Shown here in pieces: positions 53,189 through 64,000 of a DNA stretch of 64,000 nt (the first letter of the stretch is position 1; the number at the start of each line of letters is the position of its first letter). A program made the translations under genes and the position numbers. Under the pieces are notes generated by a model that saw nothing but the letters and a program-made list of their open reading frames with translations, ran no database searches and was not told the origin of the DNA. Origin of the DNA: Podarcis tiliguerta (lineage: Eukaryota); the NCBI GenBank assembly GCA_965153285.1, contig OZ229110.1; one strand, written 5' to 3'.

Positions 53189-53212
53189 GACCTCGTCGAA
53201 ACGTCGCCTAGA
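53165..53212 (+). ncRNA. Minimal type-I hammerhead ribozyme motif in the PLE terminal repeat
   Basis: CTGAAGA core 53172-53178, extra T, helix II GACGAG/CTCGTC (53180-85/53192-97) with a 6-nt loop, GAAA 53198-53201, palindromic ACGT helix III, GTC cleavage triplet ending 53205. Helix I pairing is weak. Confidence 0.75.
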
Positions 53213-53256
53213 CACCCCAACTTTTACACGGGAAGACACCCGAGGACACCAAAACC

Positions 53257-53260
<4 letters not shown>

Positions 53261-53287
<27 letters not shown>
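53261..53287. repeat. (TA)n, right flank of the PLE insertion
   Basis: Direct reading. Confidence 0.95.
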
Positions 53288-55753
53288 TCTGCACAGCTGA
53301 CTTCCATCTATTAGTGTGCATTACAGCTCATCCCCCCAAAATAGATTCTAGTGGCCAGAAGCACTTGACTTAACATTGTTACTAATCAGCATGTCCAAGC
53401 ACGTGTTTGTCGCTGCCTGAAAACGGGGCTGGAGGGGCTGGGTGAGTTGGGTTTGGCTCATGTGTGCTCTGCCAATGTGCACAGGGGTCAGGAACGGAAC
53501 CCCTGCACAAAATGGTCACCACCTGTACTCTATGGGTCAGCGTAGGACCTCTATATCCTGGTACTTTATCCATTTTCCCTTCTCCTTTCGGTACTGTCCC
53601 ATTCCACCTGATAAAACTTGACATGACAATTTCTCTTCATCTCTCTCTCCCCTCTTTCCTTCCATTGCTCAGCACATTCTTGGAAAGCTATAGGAAACCT
53701 CTCCCTTTTGGTATTTGGAGGGCTTTGGAAAGTTACCCGACCTTCCCATTATGTTGAAGTACTCTCTCTTCTGCTATTAAAAGCATGGTATGGTCAAAAC
53801 CTAACACTTTGTGAATGGAACAGTGGGCAGTCTGCCTGCTTTGTATATTTAGAGCATGCTGTATGCTTTAATGACATCCTTAGGAGGAGGACTCAGTTTC
53901 TGTAATAAGCCTGGTGTAATAAGCACTATAACTCAGACTAATTTAATATCAAATGAAATCATTTCACAAGAAATGGCCCATATATATGAGTAGAAAATCG
54001 GACAAAAAGCCCTCATGAGATCTGTGCCAGAGCTTTAACTTCAATATTTTCCTTGCATTACACATTTTCTTGACATCTTGAGTGTTGGTTTCCAAAAGTT
54101 TTCATATGAAATATTTATTTTATGTAGTGCTTACCACCTAACATTCTTATGTCTATGCTTTCTCATGCTCTCCGCAGGTGTCTGGGCCTTTCTTTCTCTT
54201 GTTATAGTCATCTTGTGTTTGAACTAGACAACCAAGCAATTTCTTTCAGGCTCAAATTGCTCTTTAACCGAGGAGGCCATTCTAGCAATTATTGCAGGAG
54301 AGACTTTGTTACTGTAGCTCCTGCTAGATACTTTGTGGTCATTAATTCCCACCTGTCCTATGACACTGAGTGATCTGCTGACACTCAATCTTTCTTTTAC
54401 TACCTACACAAAATGTTTTAAACTCACAGCATTTTGCCCTCTGACATCAAGGTTTTACCCATAGTCTTATAATTTCCTGGGTTGATTAAAGTGCAACACT
54501 TTTTCTGTGGCTTCTGAGTAAACTATGATTGAAAGCATAATTAGTTCAGAATACAGCTGTTCCCGTTTCAATTTACGGGTGCCCTTTTGCCCATATTCCT
54601 GGCGCTGCATACATCAAAAAGGAAGATAATTTATTTTAAGGTTTTGCCAATGGTATACCTTACATATCAACTTTGTGAATAGCGGGTTAGCAATTCCAGC
54701 ATGTTACTGAAATAGTTTCTCTGTGCCTCTTACTGTTGAATAGTGCATTAGTAGCTTATACTAAGACTGCTAAATCCTTGATATACTTAGGTACAGTATT
54801 CTAGAGATTTCAGCCCATGGAGGATCACAGCTTGGAAAGCAGACAAGTATGGAAAACAATTAAAAACAACAACAGCCAAGAAGTCAGTTTTGACTAAAGA
54901 AAAAACAACCACAATAAAACCACCATCTCTATAGGCTTCTGTTTCTCTTTATAGTTGAGTTTTTGCATTTACGGTAAACATAAAAGTAATTTTCCTATCC
55001 CAACACTGGAATTAGCTGCACAATAATTTAAAGCTTTTTCTGTCTTTCCTCTAAAATTTGAAAGATATCCACAAGTGGATATAGGGATACTGGATAGGTA
55101 GAGAGCTAATTAATGTTTCTCTCATGACAACTGTGCTTCTGTTATTGTGTTAATGTGTTTTGCTTCAGTTGTCATCTAATTTCCATATAAAAGTTTTAGA
55201 AGTTTCTTCTATATTCAATTGATGCATTTGACACCCAGAAATAAGCACTTTGTTTTCTCATAGGAACGCATTAAATGGAACTAACACAGGAGAATCTTGA
55301 TAAGTCTTAATGTGACTGTGAGCCAGCAATGTGATGAGGCTACAAAGGAGGCAAAAGCTATTCCACAGTGAGATGTGAGAACTTCCAGTAGGGTTAGGGA
55401 AACATAGTCTATAAGAAATGGGTAATGTGTATTTCTCTTCATGTTTCTGGCACATATCTATTATATTGCCTATTATCCCAAATAATAACAGAAGCAGCTT
55501 GCCTTGTGGGGTGGAGCTGCAAGGCTAGCTTCCTGGCAGGTGTGTCACTGCCTCTTACCAAGAGGGAAAGAGCGAGGTGTGATGTGTGGTGCAGGTGAAG
55601 TAGTTGGGTAAAACGAATACTCCTGTTGCACTTGCACTACACTTATCTTCCCTTCGCCTCGCCCCCTACTTCCAGGTCAGCAGTGGCAGCACACCTGCCA
55701 GAAAGCTAGTGTTGTGATTCTGTCCCATCAGAACCACCTCTGTGTTTTGAATA

Positions 55754-56005
55754 CAGTGGTACCTTGGTTTAAGAACACCTTAGTTTATGAACAACTTGGA
55801 TTAAGAACGCTGCAAACCTGGAAGCAGGTGTTTTGTTTTGTGAATTTTGCCTTGGAAGCAGAACATGTTCCGCTTTCTGCTGAGTGTGTTCCACTTGTAA
55901 ATTGAATCCCCCGCTGCTATGGGAAAGCACACCTGGGTTTAAGAACGCTTTGGTTTAAGAACGGACTTCCGGAACTGTTTAAGTTCGTAAGCCAAGGAAC
56001 CACTG
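55754..56005. mobile_element. Tc1/mariner (Tigger/pogo-like) MITE
   Basis: TA|cagtggtaccttgg ... ccaaggaaccactg|TA; internal tttaagaac repeats. Confidence 0.82.
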
Positions 56006-57243
56006 TATCTAGACTGGGTCTGGCGGATACCATATTGGGATGGTACCAGATTGAGTGCACATTTGACGCCCATCTTTCATAATGAATGAAACTTAAGGAT
56101 ATATGGGGGATCTAATATCATAACAATTTACAGAGGGATGATCAATGACCATATAATTCTATATGAACAATTAACCCTCTCATGAAAGGTTTTCACTCAG
56201 TAGGTTGGGGTTTTTTATATTTTCAAGTCAGATATATTGTAACATGCTAAATTCAGCCATCCTTATAATGCTTAAGCGTTTGATTCTTGTACAACAAATC
56301 ACAACACCCAGAAACTGATTAGTAAGATATACCATTTGTTACCCAAACACAAATAGCCCAAATCTCTTTCAAGAAGAAATGTAATGATGATTTTAATTTT
56401 CCAGTTCAGAACAAGAGTGGTCATATTTAACAGCATTCCTTCAAATGATGTTATTCACTGATTGCACGTTTAACTGTTTGCTGTCTGTATATTGTAATTT
56501 ACTGTTTTATTGTGAAGTAACCCACCATGGGACTTTTTGTGAAGGAATGGTAACAAATATGCTTAATAAAGACATTTAAAGGGTCTAAAAAAATACTTAC
56601 CAAATCACATTTTACTCCATACAGGTTGAAATCTACCATACGGAACTTACTCTGATAGTTCTGATTTATGTTGGAGATGCTGGGCTCCAAAAGCAGACTA
56701 CATACAACATTGTCTGGACTTGCCTAAACAAACAATTCTGGAATGACGTTATAGCCAAAATTCATCAGTTCACAGTCTACCAGTACCAGCTACCAGAAAA
56801 CTGCAAAGTAAATCTTTATTATCTAAAACTTGAATTAAATCATGTTAATTAGTTATTTTAATCTCTTATTCTCATTGTTTGTGTTACTTGTTTTGTATCA
56901 ATGTTTTGTAATTCTTTAATTAAGTGAAATATGTAATGAATGAAACGAGAGATTAAGAAGAAAGCCTAAGTGGTAGTTTACATTTGGAATGTCTTGCTGG
57001 AAGGATAGTTGTGCTTTTAAGCAATGAGGACAGCTCCACATAACCCACATTAAAACTCTTCTTGAACTTTTGACCTAATTAATCTCCCTGAAAATTAATT
57101 TGAATCCTGGTTTTTGAAATGTTGCATCTTAGGTTAGTGTATTTTATAAATTCTGTTGACTGCTTGTACTATGGTGAGAATTCATATCTGGTGTATTTCT
57201 GATCCCTTAAAGCTAGGACCCGCTGCACAACCATAAAACTGCT

Positions 57244-57348
57244 ATGTTGCAAGATGTTATTAGAAAGACTCTCCGACTTCTTGGATATACTATTCAGTAT
57301 GGGTGCATAGCACATTGTGCCTTTGAATACATTGGAGGAATTGTTGTG
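57244..57348 (+). CDS. IMMP1L: Mitochondrial inner membrane protease subunit 1, first coding exon
   Basis: ATG 57244. Encodes [35 protein letters not shown]. Donor |gtgagt at 57349; upstream acceptor AG at 57211-57212 or 57215-57216. Confidence 0.96.
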
Positions 57349-58269
57349 GTGAGTTAACAAAGGCTATCAAATAAACAATAAAATTACCACGTCAATTTTC
57401 AGTTTCTTAGCTTTCACACTCCAGCCTTCTGTTTTAATAAAGAAGTATTTGAAGTATACTCATCTAGACTTTATAACTTGAACCTTTAAAGCTTTCTTTA
57501 AACTGAGCAGAGAGCTCATGATTCTGACCCTGGTGGGTTTTCACCACCTATTAACACCTTTTTTTATTTCCCCAGGTTTTAGATTAGTTTTAGCTATGGA
57601 GTTAGGCAGTTGTGCTCACAGAATTTGTTGACTGGTTTTATAGAATTGCTTTTGCCTAGTTATTTCATGTACTGTTTACTTGTAGTATCCCACACTAGGA
57701 TTGTTTGAATGAAGAGTTGGCTAAAAAGAAGTAACTAAAATAAACGATGCTCCTCTATTTAACTTCAGCCCCCGGAAACTATCGGTACATGGCTATTTTC
57801 ATAGGTTTAGGGCTGAGTAAGCAAGAGAACGTAACTCAGGAATTATTCTCTGGCTCATTATTTAATCTGAGCCATAGAAGAATGTGTAGGTTTGTAACGC
57901 TTGCCTCTTTGATCTCCCAAAACTAATACTAAACTTCACTGACATCTCAGGTGAGAATTCAGGGCCCAGTGGAACCAGAATCTATAGAGAGACATCACAC
58001 TTATAGAAATCAAGGGGACAGGTTTACATATGAAAATCAGCCTGGTGCACTCTAGATATTTGGAGTACAACTCACATCTGTATGGCCATCCAGGCTGGGA
58101 CTTCTAGGAAGCTGCAGTCCAAATATCTGAGGGGCACCAGGTTGGTGAAAGCTGAGCTGTTTTATATTTACCAGATTGGCCTAAAGATGCTGTAATTTAT
58201 TTATTTAAAATACTACATGTGATAACATACTTCTCAAATAGTAATTGTCCTCTTTATTTTTGTTTTTAG

Positions 58270-58358
58270 TGTTCAGGACCTTCAATGGAGCCTACCATTC
58301 AAAATTCTGATATTGTGTTTTCTGAGAACCTTAGCCTCCAGTTTTATCACATTCAGAA
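58270..58358 (+). CDS. IMMP1L: IMMP1L second coding exon (89 nt), carrying the catalytic Ser
   Basis: Acceptor ttttag|, donor |gtatgc. Reads CSGPSMEPTIQNSDIVFSENLSLQFYHIQ(K), with the S26 peptidase motif GxSMxPT (Ser40). Confidence 0.96.
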
Positions 58359-59255
58359 GTATGCTGCTCCAATTTTCCATAGTTCTGGTTGTACAGATAC
58401 TTGCTTTCTGATTATGCTTATCTTTATAATCATACTGCTGCTTTTATTGTTAATTTTGTTAACATTTTTCATAAATTCTTAAGTTACCTATTTTAAATTG
58501 ATTTGGCATATTTTCGCATTAATTCAGAAACTGAGAATTCATTGTGGATTATCTCCGCAGGTTTTCTTTATAGCCACCCTACTTTAGGATTGCTTATTTC
58601 TAGCTTATCTTGCCCTATATTGTAATGGACAACTAGAGTATATCTCCAGGAAGCAAATTCACAAAGCAATTCTCTCCAGAAATGCCATAAATGCCATTTA
58701 TTATGTTATCCAAATGCTGCTTTATTAGTAGTTTATAGAGCTGGGGATGTGTACACAGTGCTCAACGGTCATATAAAGGGCCAGGCCCTATGCATTAATC
58801 CATATATTTGCAATCTAACACTTAATTGCTGCTGGATAACAATTTGAAAATAGGTTGTGGTGCAAGGGAAAGCATATTGTTAGCCAGCTTGCTGAATGCT
58901 TTAGAAAATGGGAGGCCAGCCTGTGTTATGGGTGTTGTGTTGTCACAAGGAGCCATAGTTTGTAGCACTTGATGCTGGTCACACACAGGAGAGGCTACAG
59001 GATTGGTTATGTATGACATAATAAGCGGGACAATGATTCTCCAACACTGCACTGCTCCCTGAATTGGTAGATAGAAGGCAATACCACCTCAAATTGTAGG
59101 GGCAGGGTGGAGCTTGCACTAGAATGGCATTCCCTAATAATTCAGACTTGACATTTGGCACAGTGTCCCAAAGAGTTGGCCAGCAGCAATCTGAAAAGTG
59201 CACATCATCGACATCTTTTTGGATCCTGACATTTCCTCACAACCTTTTTCCTCAG

Positions 59256-59382
59256 AGGTGATATCATCATTGCGAAAAACCCAAGTGACCCCAAATCTAA
59301 CATATGTAAAAGAGTAATTGGCTTGGAAGGAGATAAAGTCTGTACAAGCAGCCCTTCAGATTTTCTTAAGACCCACAGTTAC
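59256..59382 (+). CDS. IMMP1L: IMMP1L third coding exon (127 nt), carrying the catalytic Lys; later exons not found in the window
   Basis: Acceptor ttcctcag|, donor |gtaagt. Reads GDIIIAKNPSDPKSNICKRVIGLEGDKVCTSSPSDFLKTHSY, with the KRV motif (Lys83). Confidence 0.96.
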
Positions 59383-62097
59383 GTAAGTAGCATTGCTTAT
59401 CATTCTTTTTGAGGACACTTGTAAAGCACCTTTTTGTTTGCATGGCTTGAAATTTAATTCAGCATTTCAGGTGGTAAAGGTTCAGTTGCAGTGGGTTGTT
59501 TCCACTTCAGCACTTGTACAGTGACATTTGCTGAAAGGGAATTTCGCAGTTCCTTTTCCACACTCCAGCCCACCACACACATTCACACATTCCTTGAAGT
59601 TCCGTGGGACAAGTTATAAGAAGGCATCTCTGCTGAAGAATCAAAACATGTCAAAGTTAAGCATATCCACATTTCCCAAAGACTGACCGGATATTTCTGG
59701 GTTGGGCCCAAGATCTATTCTTAAGCATGACCCTTTAGGCAGGGAACGACAGTTGTAAAGTAGTCAACAACTTTTGGAGATTGACCTACGTTAGGTCAAC
59801 TTTTTAGCACCTGAATGTATTGTAACCTCAGAATGAATGGAGCAAAAATCCTGTTTGGTATATTATATGTTCCATATATAAATAAAATTCTAGTTCAGCG
59901 TGGCAAGTGGGTGCCATTTTTTAGTACGTGGTAACCATGGTTTCTATTTAAATGGTTTTCAGTTTTGGCTATATTAAAAAAATTACTACATGAATTTATA
60001 TAGCAAGTCCTTTCCTGTGGAATCCATTTTAAAAATTCAGATTGAATAAGTTCTGCTCTCATAATCTACTTTATCTTGCTTGATCCCTGGAGTGAAAAGA
60101 ATAATGTCGTGTTTGACATGACACCCCTTTGTTATGGAGATAAACATGCAAGGCCCTAAGACATGGAGGAGTATCACTATTAGTCTCAAATTCATTACAG
60201 GATTAGACAGGATAAGATGTGCAGTGTTAATGTGGCAGGGTTAACACTGGTGTATCATTCAGTCACTAAAACTCACAATGTATACAGGATTAACACCAAT
60301 ATTGCATTAATTCTTTTCCTATTTAATTTACTGACAAAAATACAGTGATTCCAGTGATTCCATTTTAAAGCATTATGTGCTCATGCTTGTTCGTGAATTC
60401 TGATGAAACAATTGAGGAAAGACAAATGGAAACTGAAGCTCCTTTCTGAAAATGCAATGAATATAAACTTTATCTGGTTTTGGCTTAGGAAATATGTCAC
60501 CATGCCAACATTATACAGCTGCATGAGCAGCTTTGTGTTAAGATAGGACTGGGGGATTTGAAATAAAGCATGACTTTAAATGTTTCTTGCACTTAAATGG
60601 AATGGAACACCTCAAAATTTGAAAATACTAGGAAAGGTGAGGGACCTAGAAGACTGTGACATCACATTTCACCTTGGAACTAAGGCAAAGCCTCACACAT
60701 TTTCTGAAGTCTCCAATGTCTTTTCCATTGACTAGAATAAGAACATCAACAGCCACATAAAACTTTCATATGTTGGCATAAGCCTGCCAAATTTGACAGA
60801 TAAACGCAGGGGGTTTTGTGCAAGAGGGGCTTTTAAAGTTTGTTTTTTTAAAAAAAGGATGCCCTCCCTCAACCTGTGTTTTGTGGCCAATTTGCTGTGT
60901 TCTTTGTTGTGTGTTGTTTGACAATATATGCTGTGTAACACAGAGTTAGAGAAGTGCTTGATATAAACTATATAACCCTATATACTTGTAAAGCCCTCAA
61001 TGACCCAGTTTAATGATTTGTAACAGCATTCTAAAACAAAATGTGTTTCAGTTATTCACTTCAATTAACAAAGGGAATTAGGGTTTCTTTAGAAAATGTA
61101 TGGACAACAAAACTTGGGGTTTTGTTCATAATTGTATTAAGTGCATTTATTGCAGTTCAAATTTAGAACTATATATATCAAATAATGAATATTGTATTGT
61201 TGCATTTGCCTGTGATTTAAAAATGTGCCTGTGTTACATTCTATTTACCATATGTTCAGTTGGTGCTGTTGCTATTTACAGACTGAAGAGGCAAGCAGGA
61301 AAATTGTAATAAACTAGGTTATATATCGCAAGGCACTGATATGCTCAGCCCTTGTGTCACTTCAACAGAAGAAGGGTCTAGTAATGTCACTTAATACAGA
61401 TAGGACCTGTAAATAAGGAACCTGCTTTTTGCAAGTCGTAGTGATAAAAAGCTGAGATACAACTCCATTTCTCAGCAACACTCTACTGATAATCAATTAC
61501 CACACACTGCTAATGCCCTGACAACAGCTGATGTGGAGAAAAATGTTTACTTTGTGCTAAAGTGAAGTTCACTGAGGAGATGACCTGCCCTGTTCATCCT
61601 GTGGCTATCTCTAAAACTAACACAGGCTGAAGATTGAGTGTCTTAATATCTGCAAATCTGAGAACAGGTTTTATTCAGCTCTTTGTTACATTCACCATTG
61701 TAGGCTCCTAGGCTTTAATATTCAACATGTACAGTACAGTAGATACCTCCTTATTCAATAGGAGTTTCTCTGGAAGCAGTATTCTTAAGAGGTCTGTGAA
61801 GATTCTGAAGTGAGAAATAGGGCTGCTGTTTTGGGCATGGAGGTAACTGAGGGTGGTTCTTGTCAGGAAAGATTACTGCAAAATCAAAAGAATAAGCATT
61901 ATTTTTTCATAAGCCATTTGTTAATTGTATGTTTACCTTGTAGATATTGAGACAAGGAAGCACCAGTTCTACAGGTCTCCCCTTCAGCCTGCCTATAACT
62001 TTTTACCAGGCAATTATTGTTATTTTAAAATCAATTTTCTTTCAAGTCATACATTTCCCAATACATAAGAAAATAAGAAGAGCCCTGCTGGATCAGA

Positions 62098-62126
62098 CTA
62101 TACCTATACCTATACCTATACCTATA
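62098..62126. repeat. (CTATAC)n hexanucleotide repeat
   Basis: About 5 units, direct reading. Confidence 0.9.
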
Positions 62127-64000
62127 GGAAGCCCGCAAACAACTCATTCAATGCATGATTGAGTTACTTAGAATTGTACAAAAGTACAATCCTTTTCAGT
62201 AGGATGGTGGTATCTCCATGTATCAAATAGGTGACATTGCACTGAGTTTTGCTGCAATATTTTAAGTTCTTGTTTTTGTAATCTGTCCTCACAAAATTGC
62301 TCTCCCCCCCCCCATCCAATTTGTCTATCCAAATTGGCTTGCGTTATTTGATTTCTTTTTGGAAAATGCTTTCTGATTACAGCTGGCAACATGTACACCC
62401 TAAAAGAATAGCCTTATTTCCAAGCATGCCTATGCCAAATTTGAATGGTTTGGCTTTCTTATCCATTCAGGGGGAATTGATTGGTTGCTTCAGTATGGTG
62501 GCAATTCCTTTTCGCTTTCATTTACATAGTAAAAGTACTTCACCCAGGTTCAAAGGCTCCAAATATTTTTTTCCCCATATCATCTACAAGTTTTCTGTAA
62601 CATTAATGTATTTTATTACGTTGTTGTGCATACTTCTTTCTCTTATAAGGGGGTGCTTAGTCCCTTTTTTATGCTGTTAATGTTTCCATTAAAATCAGAA
62701 TCCTCGTTCATAACTATGCAGAGCTAAAAAACACACAAGGCCAGGTGGGGAATATGGAAAAGGAAAATATTTTTAAAAATACAAGCATGAACTTGGTTAT
62801 ACAAGTTACAAAGGAGTTTGGAGAGCTGGTAAAGAGAAGATTAATGGTTGAATTAGTCGGTATGGAAGGGATAATGTTAATAGCTTTATGGTTAGTGTCC
62901 CAAAGGCCTAATCTGTAAATAAAATACAATGACCACAAAAGAGGTTGCCTATGCAGAGGTAACAATAAAAGAATAAGGAGCTGCTTCAGTAGTATATATA
63001 AACCTAAAGGATAGCAGTCTTAAAAGGGAGAGAACAATGCAATATACTGTTAAGTAATAATTAACAACGTTTGCCTTTAGACAGCAGTGAAAAGTTTCTA
63101 TATTGCTTTAAACCTTCCATGTATGGGTCCAAATAACATCTAGGCAATCGTCAATTTTACGGACTATCCCACCTGGCTCTAAGTTCTAGCTGCAATTTTG
63201 AACACAGTGGATGGAAGAAAACTAGATATTCCACTTTTAGGATTTTGTTAGCTCAGTTGTGCCAGCTGAGTTTACTAGCACATTCATATACTTCCTTAAT
63301 CAGCTCTTTCTAATTAAACACATACTGCACCCTCCAAATTGATTATAATATACCAAGAGTAATAAATGAGTAAATGATTTATTTAAAATCATACTACATA
63401 GAGGATTAAAGCTGACAATTCAGGGAATAGGTTTTGTGATCAGTGAGCAGAACTTTTGATAAGCTTGAGCCATTCGCATCTAAGTCCCCCTGAAGTCATG
63501 TGGCTTATTCCTAGGTAAGTGCACCCTAAAGCTCACTGTACACACACACTACGTATTGAAAACATACATTTACTACATACTTCACAACATAATGCCTCTT
63601 AATGCTACCAATATGATTCTTTTACAGACAAGTGTAAAGACTAACTGATGTAATAAAAGCGACATGGTGGTGGTTTACTAAACTTACATGCATCTCCAGA
63701 GCAAATGTCATGTAGACATTCTGGGACCATTTAAAGAGTAAAATAAAATAATCTGTATTCCATGTGACCTGAAACATACAGGAAAATCTATTACTTTTGA
63801 GGGGTTTTTTTTTTAAATTATTACTTTAGTTTGTTAATTATGTGCAGTTTAACTAATCAAATATATAAATTTCATTAGTAGCCAGTAAATTTGTTATTTG
63901 ATATGGCAGACTCTTTTATCGTGTTTCACTTTAATCAAGAAAGGTAACACCTGTGGTTTATTCACAAAAGCTTCTTTTGTCAGATGAATACCCACAGGCA

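Larger units (their letters stand above)
50617..53260. mobile_element. Penelope-like retroelement (GIY-YIG type, probably Poseidon group): two 5'-truncated copies joined head-to-head
   Basis: Arms 50646-51769 and 52137-53260 are reverse complements and the ORF-track peptides are identical. (TA)n flanks both sides. Encodes the RT C-terminal part/thumb and a GIY-YIG endonuclease. Confidence 0.93.

Noticed and set aside
58359-58365. GTATGC donor as a possible U12-type intron
   Set aside because: U12 donors need RTATCCTT; this is an ordinary GT-AG intron.
59383-64000. Remaining IMMP1L exons (expected VP-x-GHVW-x-EGDN...DSR-x-YGP)
   Set aside because: No matching sequence found by eye; they probably lie beyond the right edge.

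Overview
Vertebrate genomic DNA, almost certainly from a squamate and probably a lacertid lizard (Sauria SINEs, BovB, L2/CR1 tails). The window is the head-to-head ELP4/IMMP1L locus of the PAX6 neighbourhood. It holds ELP4 coding exons 1-4 on the minus strand (ATG 35912, running off the left edge) and IMMP1L on the plus strand (putative non-coding exon 1 ending 36094, then three coding exons at 57244-59382, running off the right edge). The two genes share a CpG-island bidirectional promoter. The introns are full of transposon remnants, many with readable TIRs and target-site duplications. Main findings: (1) a very young Penelope-like retroelement (PLE) insertion in IMMP1L intron 1, made of two 5'-truncated copies joined head-to-head into a 1124-bp inverted repeat with both 3' ends in (TA)n; (2) a minimal, dimer-type hammerhead ribozyme motif at the end of each arm, overlapping the last codons and stop codon of the RT-thumb/GIY-YIG ORF; (3) a second, decayed PLE hammerhead motif in ELP4 intron 2; (4) an orphan copy of a SMARCD3-like first coding exon inside a transposon-like insert that interrupts a CR1. 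Family and gene assignments come from recalled sequence knowledge, not from database searches.
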